From Eledone cirrhosa (Eukaryota), in contig OZ024745.1 in assembly GCA_964016885.1 (NCBI GenBank), forward strand, positions 1,302,001 to 1,366,000: DNA of 64,000 nt. Direction: 5' to 3'. Each line of letters begins with the position of its first letter. The first letter of the stretch is position 1. Made by a program: the position numbers and the translations under genes. Of this stretch, positions 26,500-41,600 are shown one piece after another. The notes under the pieces are model-generated. The model was not told where the DNA came from, did no database searches, and was given only the letters and a program-made list of their open reading frames with translations.

Positions 26500-26815
26500 G
26501 TGATTCAAGGGCTGTTTGAAAAAATCCCTTGGTGCCTGTCATATAGACCATCACCAGTGGTCCACCATAGCTGAGAACCATGACATCTCAAGATCAACCA
26601 TGGTGTCTCTTCCTTTGAAAACATCTGCAGAGCCACTCTCAAGGACAAAAGGCACAGGAGGAAGAACCACAACACCTAGTCATCAAACCCAGGCATCCAG
26701 TTGCAGCCATGCCTGCCTATCCCACATGGGCCTGAACAGCCACAAGCGTGCCTTGAGTCAACATGGACCACCTGCTTCATAATCTTCGTTCACGAAGACA
26801 AGCCATGATGATGAT
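26500..26815 (+). mobile_element. RTE/BovB-type LINE 3' fragment
   Basis: Peptide LKKSLGACHIDHHQWSTIA...CSHACLSHMGLNSHKRA (degenerate C-terminal Zn finger), then a CTTCGTTCACGAAG hairpin and an (ATG)n tail. Confidence 0.75.
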
Positions 26816-26922
26816 TGCAGTAAAGCAACTGCACCCCCCGCTCTTCCCAATTTATATTTTTGAATCTTGTTTTCAAATTTGTCGTTGTTTATTGAAACAA
26901 ATCCTTTGAAACGAGAACTTAC

Positions 26923-26999
26923 CCACAAGCCACTACAGTTCCTGAAGGTCCATAAGCACAAGCCATCACCCATGTTGTTGGCATGGTAACTGCATGCTC
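26923..26999 (-). CDS. GNB5: G-protein beta-5 exon: EHAVTMPTTWVMACAYGPSGTVVAC(G)
   Basis: tcttctttttctag acceptor and GG|gtaagt donor, 77 bp. EHAVTMP is beta-5 specific. This is the most 5' GNB5 exon found in the window. Confidence 0.95.
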
Positions 27000-27178
27000 C
27001 TAGAAAAAGAAGAGAAAAAATCACTAGATATCATTCTCATAAAGCAACAGGCTTAGGTTTCCCAAAAATGCATTCAAAGGGGAACTATTTCTTTTAATAT
27101 TTCACAGATAACTTGTGGTTCATTGGCAGAATTGGTAGAGTGTCAGATAAAGTGTCATTGTGGTATTAGTCCTGATAG

Positions 27179-28059
27179 GTAAATATGAGATGTGACTTAT
27201 ACATGAGTAAATATGAGATGTGACTTGTACATGAGTAAATATGAGATGTGACTTGTACATGAGTAAATATGAGATGTGACTTATACATGAGTAAATGTGA
27301 AATATAACTTATACATGAGTAAATATGAGATGTGACTTATACACGAGTAAATATGAGATGTGACTTATACATGAGTAAATATGAGATGTGACTTATACAT
27401 GAGTAAATATGAGATGTGACTTGTACATGAGTAAATATGAGATGTGACTTGTACATGAGTAAATATGAGATGTGACTTATACATGAGTAAATGTGAAATA
27501 TAACTTATACATGAGTAAATATGAGATGTGACTTATACACGAGTAAATATGAGATGTGACTTATACATGAGTAAATATGAGATGTGACTTATACATGAGT
27601 AACAATGAAATATAACTTATACATGAGTAAATATGAGATGTGACTTATACATTAGTAAATATGAGATGTGACTTATACACGAGTAAATATGAGATGTGAC
27701 TTATACATGAGTAAATATGAGATGTGACTTATACATGAGTAAATATAAGATGTGAGTTATACACGAGTAAATATAAGATGTGAGTTATACACGAGTAAAT
27801 ATGAGATGTGAGTTATACACGAGTAAATATGAAATATAACTTATACATGAGTAAATATGAGATGTGACTTATACATTAATAAATATGAGATGTGACTTAT
27901 ACACGAGTAAATATGAGATGTGACTTATACATGAGTAAATATGAGATGTGACTTATACATGAGTAAATATGAAATGTAACTTATACATGAGTAAATATGA
28001 GATGCGACTTATACATGAGTAAATATGAGATGTGACTTATACATGAATAAATATGAGAT
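27179..28059. repeat. 28-bp AT-rich minisatellite (about 31 copies)
   Basis: Unit GTAAATATGAGATGTGACTTATACATGA. It starts just after a SINE-head fragment (27124-27174). Confidence 0.97.
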
Positions 28060-28756
28060 TATCTAATAATTATTAAAGAAGTTTACTACTAAACAAATAT
28101 TTCCATGCAACAAATCTTTTGTTAAAATATTAGTTCTCCTCCAGTTTTATCATAACTACACTGTTGTCTTTCTGCCTAGTCTTAACATATTTCTTGAGTC
28201 ACACCAAGACAGTACAGTTTTATGTATAAACAAGGTTGTTAGATATAAATCTGTTGATAGATTTGAATATCAATGTAGTTTAGTTGAAGCAGTGGCAGTG
28301 TAGTGAAATTATTCTTCTGTGAACTTTGGCATGGTAAATGCCAGAAATGATCATATTTTCTTATATGCCATATTGGTCAACAACAATAGATGACAACTAG
28401 GAGAATATAAAAGTTACACAGTCCCACTCTCTCAGACTTTGGTTGTGAGTAACTGCTATGTCAGTAGGTTAGGGAATATACATCTCTACATTTACCCATT
28501 CAATCTGTCTCTAATACATCTTGCTACATCTAAATATATGTATATTCAAAGAAAATACTCTCCTTCAGTGTCAACTTTATATTGTAGTCATATGTTTGTG
28601 AAAGCAGGCTTATAATTATCAAGTTTTGTATATTTCTGTTGTGTTAATGTCTGTTGTATGGATTCATTGAATTCATACAAGACATTAAAATCTATAATTC
28701 TTACAGAATTAAAATATACACAAATAATATATACAATAGTTAACAAATATATAAGA

Positions 28757-29330
28757 TTAGAGAAAAACGACCATCAATTCACTACCAAGTGTGATAATCG
28801 GCCGAAAATCATAAGGGTCAACGGAACACTTTGAGGCAAGCCAACACGTTCGCGACATTAGCACGGGCAATGGCGAGGCTGAGACGTTGAAACAGCCAGG
28901 GACCTTCACGGGCATCACCTGACACCTCGGCAAGCCGCCAGCGATGACAAAATACATTTTTTCCGTGGGACAATTATATATCATTTGAAAGTTCAGGATG
29001 TGAAGTTTCTTCTCATGCCAGATCCCCTTAATCACCCTCGTATTTCCACCCATTTACAACATTTATTCCAATTTTGCTTTTGACCGCTGAACTGCGCTAA
29101 TTCTTGTTCAATATGCTGGAGCACTATAACTCAATTTGTATTGAAAATGGTACAGCCATGAAGGACTTTGTTTTTGCTTTTTTGATATAAAAAAATCTAT
29201 TGGGTTAGGTCAGATAAACGTTATGAAAAATAAAAGTGAACATTTTATTATTTTTCACTTAGAAAAAAACATATTTTCTTCCAGATTTTTATACAAGAAA
29301 GAAAATTTTCTGGCAAATCTGTCGAAGAGA
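28757..29330. mobile_element. Possible non-autonomous DNA-element fragment (unclassified)
   Basis: CpG-rich segment in an AT-rich intron, with a TATATCATTTGAAAG motif that I recall from invertebrate MITEs. No TIR or TSD was verified. Confidence 0.3.
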
Positions 29331-29356
29331 TGCCAGCACCAAGTCAATATGAGAGA

Positions 29357-32300
29357 TAGGTGGTAGTACTGGTGTCAATAAAACACACCCAGTCGTCCGT
29401 TAGGTGGTAGTACTGGTGTCACAATAAAACACTCAGTCGTCCCTGTTAGGTGATAGTACTGGTGTCACAATAAAACACACCCAGTCCTCCCTGTTAGGTG
29501 GTAGTACTGGTGTCACAATAAAACACACCCAGTCCTCCCTGTTAGGTGATAGTACTGGTGTCACAATAAAACACACCCAGTCCTCCCTGTTAGGTGATAG
29601 TACTGGTGTCACAATAAAACACACCCAGTCCTCCCTGTTAGGTGGTAGTACTGGTGTCACAATAAAACACACCCAGTCCTCCCTGTTAGGTGGTAGTACT
29701 GGTGTCACAATAAAACACACCCAGTCGTCCGTTAGGTGGTAGTACTGGTGTCACAATAAAACACACCCAGTCGTCCCTGTTAGGTGGTAGTACTGGTGTC
29801 ACAATAAAACACACCCAGTCCTCCCTGTTAGGTGGTAGTACTGGTGTCACAATAAAACACACCCAGTCCTCCCTGTTAGGTGGTAGTAGTGGTGTCACAA
29901 TAAAACACTCAGTCATCCCTGTTAGGTGGTAGTACTGTTGTCACAATAAAACACACCCAGTCGTCCCTGTTAGGTGGTAGTACTGTTGTCACAATAAAAC
30001 ACACCCAGTCCTCCCTGTTAGGTGGTAGTACTGGTGTCACAATAAAACACACCCAGTCGTCCCTGTTAGGTGGTAGTACTGGAGTCACAATAAAACACAC
30101 CCAGTCCTCCCTGTTAGGTGGTAGTACTGGTGTCACAATAAAACACACCGAGTCCTCCCTGTTAGGTGGTAGTACTGGTGTCACAATAAAACACACCCAG
30201 TCCTCCCTGTTAGGTGGTAGTACTGGTGTCACAATAAAACACACCCAGTCCTTGTTAGGTGGTAGTACTGGTGTCACAATAAAACACACCCAGTCCTTGT
30301 TAGGTGGTAGTACTGGTGTCACAATAAAACACACCCAGTCCTTGTTAGGTGGTAGTACTGGTGTCACAATAAAACACACCCAGTCTTCCCTGTTAGGTGG
30401 TAGTACTGGTGTCACAATAAAACACTCAGTCATCCCTGTTAGGTGGTAGTACTGTTGTCACAATAAAACACACCCAGTCGTCCCTGTTAGGTGGTAGTAC
30501 TGGTGTCACAATAAAACACACCCAGTCCTCCCTGTTAGGTGGTAGTACTGGTGTCACAATAAAACACTCAGTCATACCTGTTAGGTGGTAGTACTGGTGT
30601 CACAATAAAACACACCCAGTCCTCCTTGTTAGGTGGTTGTACTGGTGTCACAATAAAACACACCCAGTCCTCCTTGTTAGGTGGTAGTACTGGTGTCACA
30701 ATAAAACACACCGAGTCCTCCCTGTTAGGTGGTAGTACTGGTGTCACAATAAAACACACCCAGTCCTCCCTGTTAGGTGGTAGTACTGGTGTCACAATAA
30801 AACACTCAGTCATACCTGTTAGGTGGTAGTACTGGTGTCACAATAAAACACACCCAGTCCTCCTTGTTAGGTGGTAGTACTGGTGTCACAATAAAACACA
30901 CCGAGTCCTCCCTGTTAGGTGGTAGTACTGGTGTCACAATAAAACACCCAGTCCTCCCTGTTAGGTGGTAGTACTGGTGTCACAATAAAACACACCCAGT
31001 CCTCCCTGTTAGGTGGTAGTACTGGTGTCACAATAAAACACACCCAGTCCTCCCTGTTAGGTGGTAGTACTGGTGTCACAATAAAACACTCAGTCATACC
31101 TGTTAGGTGGTAGTACTGGTGTCACAATAAAACACACCCAGTCCTCCCTGTTAGGTGGTAGTACTGGTGTCACAATAAAACACACCCAGTCCTCCCTGTT
31201 AGGTGGTAGTACTGGTGTCACAATAAAACACACCGAGTCTTCCCTGTTAGGTGGTAGTACTGGTGTCACAATAAAACACACCCAGTCCTCCCTGTTAGGT
31301 GGTAGTACTGGTGTCACAATAAAACACACCCAGTCCTCCCTGTTAGGTGGTAGTACTGTTGTCACAATAAAACACTCAGTCATACCTGTTAGGTGGTAGT
31401 ACTGGTGTCACAATAAAACACACCCAGTCCTCCCTGTTAGGTGGTAGTACTGTTGTCACAATAAAACACTCAGTCATACCTGTTAGGTGGTAGTACTGTT
31501 GTCACAATAAAACACTCAGTCATACCTGTTAGGTGGTAGTACTGGTGTCACAATAAAACACACCCAGTCCTCCCTGTTAGGTGGTAGTACTGGAGTCACA
31601 ATAAAACACACCCAGTCCTCCCTGTTAGGTGGTAGTACTGGAGTCACAATAAAACACACCCAGTCCTCCCTGTTAGGTGGTAGTACTGGTGTCACAATAA
31701 AACACTCAGTCATACCTGTTAGGTGGTAGTACTGGTGTCACAATAAAACACTCAGTCATACCTGTTAGGTGGTAGTACTGTTGTCACAATAAAACACTCA
31801 GTCATACCTGTTAGGTGGTAGTACTGGTGTCACAATAAAACACACCCAGTCCTCCCTGTTAGGTGGTAGTACTGGAGTCACAATAAAACACACCCAGTCC
31901 TCCCTGTTAGGTGGTAGTACTGGAGTCACAATAAAACACACCCAGTCCTCCCTGTTAGGTGGTAGTACTGGTGTCACAATAAAACACTCAGTCATACCTG
32001 TTAGGTGGTAGTACTGTTGTCACAATAAAACACTCAGTCATACCTGTTAGGTGGTAGTACTGTTGTCACAATAAAACACTCAGTCATACCTGTTAGGTGG
32101 TAGTACTGGTGTCACAATAAAACACACCCAGTCCTCCCTGTTAGGTGGTAGTACTGGTGTCACAATAAAACACACCCAGTCCTCCCTGTTAGGTGGTAGT
32201 ACTGGAGTCACAATAAAACACACCCAGTCCTCCCTGTTAGGTGGTAGTACTGGTGTCACAATAAAACACACCCAGTCCTCCCTGTTAGGTGGTAGTACTG

Positions 32301-32553
32301 GTGTCACAATAAAACACTCAGTCATACCTGTTAGGTGGTAGTACTGTTGTCACAATAAAACACTCAGTCATACCTGTTAGGTGGTAGTACTGGTGTCACA
32401 ATAAAACACACCCAGTCCTCCCTGTTAGGTGGTAGTACTGGTGTCACAATAAAACACACCCAGTCCTCCCTGTTAGGTGGTAGTACTGGAGTCACAATAA
32501 AACACTCAGTCATACCTGTTAGGTGGTAGTACTGGTGTCACAATAAAACACAC
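29357..32553. repeat. 48-bp satellite (45-48-bp units, about 67 copies)
   Basis: Unit TAGGTGGTAGTACTGGTGTCACAATAAAACACACCCAGTCCTCCCTGT, followed directly by (GAT)4 at 32558-32569. Confidence 0.98.
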
Positions 32554-32658
32554 TAGTGATGATGATGATTGTGGTGAACAAAACTTTTAAAAAAGTCAAA
32601 AGTGGACTATTACAAAAAGAAGTTTGGTGATCCCTGGTCTAGTGGGGGAGGTGACATC

Positions 32659-35600
32659 CAGCACCACACCACTGTCTGTCTACACTACCACCACCACCAC
32701 TGTCTGTCTACACTACCACTGGGTGGGGGCAGCACCACCACCACTGTCTGTCTACACTACCACTGGGTGGGAGCACCACCACCACTGTCTGTCTACACTA
32801 CCACTGGGTGGGAGCAGCACCAACACCACTGTCTGTCTACACTACCACTGGGTGGGAGCAGCACCACCACCGTCTGTCTACACTACCACTGGGTGGGAGC
32901 ACCACCACCACTGTCTGTCTACACTACCACTGGGTGGGAGCACCACCACCACCACTGTCTATCTACACTACCACTGGATGGGAGCACCACCACCACCACT
33001 GTCTGTCTACACTACCACTGGGTGGGAGCAGCACCACCACCACTGTCTGTCTACACTACCACTGGATGGGAGCACCACCACCACCACTGTCTGTCTACAC
33101 TACCACTGGGTGGGAGCAGCACCACCACCACTGTCTGTCTACACTACCACTGGGTGGGAGCACCACCACCACCACTGTCTGTCTACACTACCACTGGATG
33201 GGAGCACCACCACCACCACTGTCTGTCTACACTACCACTGGGTGGGAGCAGCACCACCACCACTGTCTGTCTACACTACCACTGGATGGGAGCACCACCA
33301 CCACCACTGTCTGTCTACACTACCACTGGGTGGGAGCAGCACCACCACCACTGTCTGTCTACACTACCACTGGATGGGAGCACCACCACCACCACTGTCT
33401 GTCTACACTACCACTGGGTGGGAGCAGCACCACCACCACCACTGTCTGTCTACACTACCACTGGGTGGGAGCAGCACCACCACCACTGTCTGTCTACACT
33501 ACCACTGGGTGGGAGCAGCACCACCACCACCACTGTCTGTCTACACTACCACTGGGTGGGAGCAGCACCACCACCACTGTCTGTCTACACTACCACTGGA
33601 TGGGAGCACCACCACCACCACTGTCTGTCTACACTACCACTGGCTGGGAGCACCACCACCACCACTGTCTGTCTACACTACCACTGGGTGGGAGCAGCAC
33701 CACCACCACTGTCTGTCTACACTACCACTGGGTGGGAGCACCACCACCACCACTGTCTGTCTACACTACCACTGGGTGGGAGCAGCACCACCACCACTGT
33801 CTGTCTACACTACCACTGGGTGGGAGCAGCACCACCACCACCACTGTCTGTCTACACTACCACTGGGTGGGAGCAGCACCACCACCACTGTCTGTCTACA
33901 CTACCACTGGGTGGGAGCAGCACCACCACCACCACTGTCTGTCTACACTACCACTGGGTGGGAGCAGCACCACCACCACTGTCTGTCTACACTACCACTG
34001 GATGGGAGCACCACCACCACCACTGTCTGTCTACACTACCACTGGCTGGGAGCACCACCACCACCACTGTCTGTCTACACTACCACTGGGTGGGAGCAGC
34101 ACCACCACCACTGTCTGTCTACACTACCACTGGGTGGGAGCACCACCACCACCACTGTCTGTCTACACTACCACTGGGTGGGAGCAGCACCACCACCACT
34201 GTCTGTCTACACTACCACTGGGTGGGAGCAGCACCACCACCACCACTGTCTGTCTACACTACCACTGGGTGGGAGCAGCACCACCACCACTGTCTGTCTA
34301 CACTACCACTGGGTGGGAGCAGCACCACCACCACTGTCTGTCTACACTACCACTGGGTGGGAGCAGCACCACCACCACCACTGTCTGTCTACACTACCAC
34401 TGGGTGGGAGCACCACCACCACCACTGTCTGTCTACACTACCACTGGGTGGGAGCACCACCACCACCACTGTCTGTCTACACTACCACTGGATGGGAGCA
34501 CCACCACCACCACCACTGTCTGTCTACACTACCACTGGGTGGGAGCAGCACCACCACCACCACTGTCTGTCTACACTACCACTGGGTGGGAGCAGCACCA
34601 CCACCACTGTCTGTCTACACTACCACTGGGTGGGAGCAGCACCACCACCACCACTGTCTGTCTACACTACCACTGGATGGGAGCACCACCACCACCACTG
34701 TCTGTCTACACTACCACTGGGTGGGAGCAGCACCACCACCACTGTCTGTCTACACTACCACTGGGTGGCAGCAGCACCACCACCACCACTGTCTGTCTAC
34801 ACTACCACTGGGTGGGAGCACCACCACCACCACCACTGTCTGTCTACACTACCACTGGGTGGGAGCAGCACCACCAACACCACTGTCTGTCTACACTACC
34901 ACTGGGTGGGAGCAGCACCACCACCACCACTGTCTGTCTACACTACCACTGGGTGGGAGCAGCACCACCACCACTGTCTGTCTACACTACCACTGGGTGG
35001 GAGCAGCACCACCACCACCACTGTCTGTCTACACTACCACTGGGTGGGAGCAGCACCACCACCACTGTCTATCTACACTACCACTGGATGGGAGCACCAC
35101 CACCACCACTGTCTGTCTACACTACCACTGGGTGGGAGCAGCACCACCACCACCACTGTCTGTCTACACTACCACTGGGTGGGAGCAGCACCACCACCAC
35201 TGTCTGTCTACACTACCACTGGGTGGGAGCAGCACCACCACCACCACTGTCTGTCTACACTACCACTGGGTGGGAGCAGCACCACCATCACTGTCTGTCT
35301 ACACTACCACTGGGTGGCAGCAGCACCACCACCACTGTCTGTCTACACTACCACTGGGTGGGAGCAGCACCACCACCACTGTCTGTCTACACTACCACTG
35401 GGTGGGAGCAGCACCACCACCACTGTCTGTCTACACTACCACTGGATGGGAGCACCACCACCACCACTGTCTGTCTACACTACCACTGGGTGGGAGCAGC
35501 ACCACCACCACTGTCTGTCTACACTACCACTGGATGGGAGCACCACCACCACCACTGTCTGTCTACACTACCACTGGGTGGGAGCAGCACCACCACCACT

Positions 35601-38600
35601 GTCTGTCTACACTACCACTGGGTGGGAGCAGCACCACCACCACCACTGTCTGTCTACACTACCACTGGGTGGGAGCAGCACCACCACCACTGTCTATCTA
35701 CACTACCACTGGATGGGAGCACCACCACCACCACTGTCTGTCTACACTACCACTGGGTGGGAGCAGCACCACCACCACTGTCTGTCTACACTACCACTGG
35801 GTGGGAGCAGCACCACCATCACTGTCTGTCTACACTACCACTGGGTGGCAGCAGCACCACCACCACTGTCTGTCTACACTACCACTGGATGGGAGCAGCA
35901 CCACCACCACTGTCTGTCTACACTACCACTGGGTGGGAGCAGCACCACCACCACTGTCTGTCTACACTACCACTGGATGGGAGCACCACCACCACCACTG
36001 TCTGTCTACACTACCACTGGGTGGGAGCAGCACCACCACCACTGTCTGTCTACACTACCACTGGATGGGAGCACCACCACCACCACTGTCTGTCTACACT
36101 ACCACTGGGTGGGAGCAGCACCACCACCACTGTCTGTCTACACTACCACTGGGTGGGAGCAGCACCACCACCACCACTGTCTGTCTACACTACCACTGGG
36201 TGGGAGCAGCACCACCACCACCACTGTCTGTCTACACTACCACTGGGTGGGAGCAGCACCACCACCACTGTCTGTCTACACTACCACTGGGTGGGAGCAG
36301 CACCACCACCACCACTGTCTGTCTACACTACCACTGGGTGGGAGCAGCACCACCACCACTGTCTGTCTACACTACCACTGGATGGGAGCACCACCACCAC
36401 CACTGTCTGTCTACACTACCACTGGGTGGGAGCAGCACCACCACCACTGTCTGTCTACACTACCACTGGGTGGGAGCAGCACCACCACCACCACTGTCTG
36501 TCTACACTACCACTGGATGGGAGCACCACCACCACCACTGTCTGTCTACACTACCACTGGGTGGGAGCAGCACCACCACCACTGTCTGTCTACACTACCA
36601 CTGGGTGGGAGCACCACCACCACCACCACTGTCTGTCTACACTACCACTGGGTGGGAGCAGCACCACCAACACCACTGTCTGTCTACACTACCACTGGGT
36701 GGGAGCAGCACCACCACCACCACTGTCTGTCTACACTACCACTGGGTGGGAGCAGCACCACCACCACTGTCTGTCTACACTACCACTGGGTGGGAGCAGC
36801 ACCACCACCACCACTGTCTGTCTACACTACCACTGGGTGGGAGCAGCACCACCACCACTGTCTATCTACACTACCACTGGATGGGAGCACCACCACCACC
36901 ACTGTCTGTCTACACTACCACTGGGTGGGAGCAGCACCACCACCACTGTCTGTCTACACTACCACTGGGTGGGAGCAGCACCACCATCACTGTCTGTCTA
37001 CACTACCACTGGGTGGCAGCAGCACCACCACCACTGTCTGTCTACACTACCACTGGATGGGAGCAGCACCACCACCACTGTCTGTCTACACTACCACTGG
37101 GTGGGAGCAGCACCACCACCACTGTCTGTCTACACTACCACTGGATGGGAGCACCACCACCACCACTGTCTGTCTACACTACCACTGGGTGGGAGCAGCA
37201 CCACCACCACTGTCTGTCTACACTACCACTGGATGGGAGCACCACCACCACCACTGTCTGTCTACACTACCACTGGGTGGGAGCAGCACCACCACCACTG
37301 TCTGTCTACACTACCACTGGGTGGGAGCAGCACCACCACCACCACTGTCTGTCTACACTACCACTGGGTGGGAGCAGCACCACCACCACTGTCTATCTAC
37401 ACTACCACTGGATGGGAGCACCACCACCACCACTGTCTGTCTACACTACCACTGGGTGGGAGCAGCACCACCACCACTGTCTGTCTACACTACCACTGGG
37501 TGGGAGCAGCACCACCATCACTGTCTGTCTACACTACCACTGGGTGGCAGCAGCACCACCACCACTGTCTGTCTACACTACCACTGGGTGGGAGCACCAC
37601 CACCACTGTCTGTCTACACTACCACTGGGTGGGAGCAGCACCACCACCACTGTCTGTCTACACTACCACTGGATGGGAGCAGCACCACCACCACTGTCTG
37701 TCTACACTACCACTGGATGGGAGCAGCACCACCACCACTGTCTGTCTACACTACCACTGGATGGGAGCACCACCACCACCACTGTCTGTCTACACTACCA
37801 CTGGATGGGAGCACCACCACCACCACTGTCTGTCTACACTACCACTGGATGGGAGCAGCACCACCACCACTGTCTGTCTACACTACCACTGGGTGGGAGC
37901 AGCACCACCACCACCACTGTCTGTCTACACTACCACTGGGTGGGAGCAGCAGCACCACCACCACTGTCTGTCTACACTACCACTGGGTGGGAGCAGCACC
38001 ACCACCACCACTGTCTGTCTACACTACCACTGGGTGGGAGCAGCAGCACCACCACCACTGTCTGTCTACACTACCACTGGGTGGGAGCAGCACCACCACC
38101 ACTGTCTGTCTACACTACCACTGGGTGGGAGCAGCACCACCACCACTGTCTGTCTACACTACCACTGGATGGGAGCACCACCACCACCACTGTCTGTCTA
38201 CACTACCACTGGGTGGGAGCAGCACCACCACCACTGTCTGTCTACACTACCACTGGATGGGAGCACCACCACCACCACTGTCTGTCTACACTACCACTGG
38301 GTGGGAGCAGCACCACCACCACTGTCTGTCTACACTACCACTGGGTGGGAGCAGCACCACCACCACTGTCTGTCTACACTACCACTGGGTGGGAGCAGCA
38401 CCACCACCACTGTCTGTCTACACTACCACTGGATGGGAGCACCACCACCACCACCACTGTCTGTCTACACTACCACTGGGTGGGAGCAGCACCACCACCA
38501 CTGTCTGTCTACACTACCACTGGGTGGGAGCACCACCACCACCACTGTCTGTCTACACTACCACTGGGTGGGAGCAGCACCACCACCACTGTCTGTCTAC

Positions 38601-41600
38601 ACTACCACTGGGTGGGAGCAGCACCACCACCACTGTCTGTCTACACTACCACTGGATGGGAGCACCACCACCACCACCACTGTCTGTCTACACTACCACT
38701 GGCTGGGAGCACCACCACCACCACCACTGTCTGTCTACACTACCACTGGGTGGGAGCAGCACCAACACCACTGTCTGTCTACACTACCACTGGGTGGGAG
38801 CAGCACCACCACCACTGTCTGTCTACACTACCACTGGATGGGAGCACCACCACCACCACTGTCTGTCTACACTACCACTGGGTGGGAGCAGCACCACCAC
38901 CACTGTCTGTCTACACTACCACTGGGTGGGAGCAGCACCACCACCACCACTGTCTGTCTACACTACCACTGGGTGGGAGCAGCACCACCACCACTGTCTG
39001 TCTACACTACCACTGGGTGGGAGCAGCACCACCACCACTGTCTGTCTACACTACCACTGGATGGGAGCACCACCACCACCACTGTCTGTCTACACTACCA
39101 CTGGGTGGGAGCAGCACCACCACCACTGTCTGTCTACACTACCACTGGATGGGAGCACCACCACCACCACTGTCTGTCTACACTACCACTGGGTGGGAGC
39201 AGCACCACCACCACTGTCTGTCTACACTACCACTGGATGGGAGCAGCACCACCACCACTGTCTGTCTACACTACCACTGGGTGGGAGCAGCACCACCACC
39301 ACTGTCTGTCTACACTACCATGGGTGGCGGCAGCACCACCACCACTGTCTGTCTACACTACCACTGGGTGGGAGCAGCACCACCACCACCACTGTCTGTC
39401 TACACTACCACTGGGTGGGAGCACCACCACCACTGTCTGTCTACACTACCACTGGGTGGGAGCAGCACCACCACCACTGTCTGTCTACACTACCACTGGG
39501 TGGGAGCAGCACCACCACCACTGTCTGTCTACACTACCACTGGGTGGGAGCAGCACCACCACCACTGTCTGTCTACACTACCACTGGGTGGGAGCAGCAC
39601 CACCACCACCACTGTCTGTCTACACTACCACTGGGTGGGAGCAGCACCACCACCACTGTCTGTCTACACTACCACTGGGTGGGAGCAGCACCACCACCAC
39701 TGTCTGTCTACACTACCACTGGGTGGGAGCAGCACCACCACCACTGTCTGTCTACACTACCATGGGTGGGGGCAGCACCACCACCACTGTCTGTCTACAC
39801 TACCACTGGGTGGGAGCAGCACCACCACCACTGTCTGTCTACACTACCATGGGTGGGGGCAGCACCACCACCACTGTCTGTCTACACTACCACTGGGTGG
39901 GAGCAGCACCACCACCACTGTCTGTCTACAATACCACTGGGTGGGAGCAGCACCACCACCACTGTCTGTCTACACTACCACTGGGTGGGAGCAGCACCAA
40001 CACCACTGTCTGTCTACACTACCACTGGATGGGAGCAGCACCACCACTACTGTCTGTCTACACTACCACTGGGTGGGGGCAGCACCACCACCACTGTCTC
40101 TCTACACTACCACTGGGTGGGAGCAGCACCACCACCACCACTGTCTGTCTACAATACCACTGGGTGGGAGCACCACCACCACTGTCTGTCTACACTACCA
40201 CTGGGTGGGAGCAGCACCACCACCACCACTGTCTGTCTACAATACCACTGGGTGGGAGCACCACCACCACTGTCTGTCTACACTACCACTGGGTGGGAGC
40301 ACCAACACCACTGTCTGTCTACACTACCACTGGGTGGGAGCAGCACCACCACCACCACTGTCTGTCTACAATACCACTGGGTGGGAGCACCACCACCACT
40401 GTCTGTCTACACTACCACTGGCTGGGAGCACCACCACCACCACCACTGTCTGTCTACACTACCACTGGGTGGGAGCAGCACCACCACCACTACTGTCTGT
40501 CTACAATACCACTGGGTGGGAGCACCACCACTACTGTCTGTCTACACTACCACTGGGTGGGAGCACCACCACCACTGTCTGTCTACACTACCACTGGGTG
40601 GGAGCACCACCACTACTGTCTGTCTACACTACCACTGGGTGGGAGCACCACCACCACTGTCTGTCTACACTACCACTGGCTGGGAGCACCACCACCACCA
40701 CCACTGTCTGTCTACACTACCACTGGGTGGGAGCAGCACCACCACCACTACTGTCTGTCTACAATACCACTGGGTGGGAGCACCACCACTACTGTCTGTC
40801 TACACTACCACTGGGTGGGAGCACCACCACTACTGTCTGTCTACACTACCACTGGGTGGGAGCACCACCACTACTGTCTGTCTACACTACCACTGGGTGG
40901 GAGCACCACCACCACTGTCTGTCTACACTACCACTGGGTGGGAGCAGCACCACCACCACCACTGTCTGTCTACACTACCACTGGGTGGGAGCAGCACCAC
41001 CACCACTGTCTGTCTACACTACCACTGGGTGGGAGCAGCACCACCACCACTGTCTGTCTACACTACCACTGGATGGGAGCACCACCACCACCACTGTCTG
41101 TCTACACTACCACTGGCTGGGAGCACCACCACCACCACCACTGTCTGTCTACACTACCACTGGGTGGGAGCAGCACCACCACCACTGTCTGTCTACACTA
41201 CCACTGGGTGGGAGCACCACCACCACCACCACTGTCTGTCTACACTACCACTGGGTGGGAGCAGCAGCACCACCACCACTGTCTGTCTACACTACCACTG
41301 GCTGGGAGCACCACCACCACCACCACTGTCTGTCTACACTACCACTGGGTGGGAGCAGCACCACCACCACTGTCTGTCTACACTACCACTGGGTGGGAGC
41401 ACCACCACCACTGTCTGTCTACAATACCACTGGGTGGGAGCAGCACCACCACCACCACTGTCTGTCTACACTACCACTGGGTGGGAGCAGCAGCACCACC
41501 ACCACTGTCTGTCTACAATACCACTGGGTGGGAGCAGCACCACCACCACCACTGTCTGTCTACACTACCACTGGGTGGGAGCAGCAGCACCACCACCACT

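Noticed and set aside
29433-32325. CFIVTPVLPPNREDWV repeat ORFs
   Set aside because: The 48-bp unit is a multiple of three, so one frame stays open by chance and is broken by 46-bp units.
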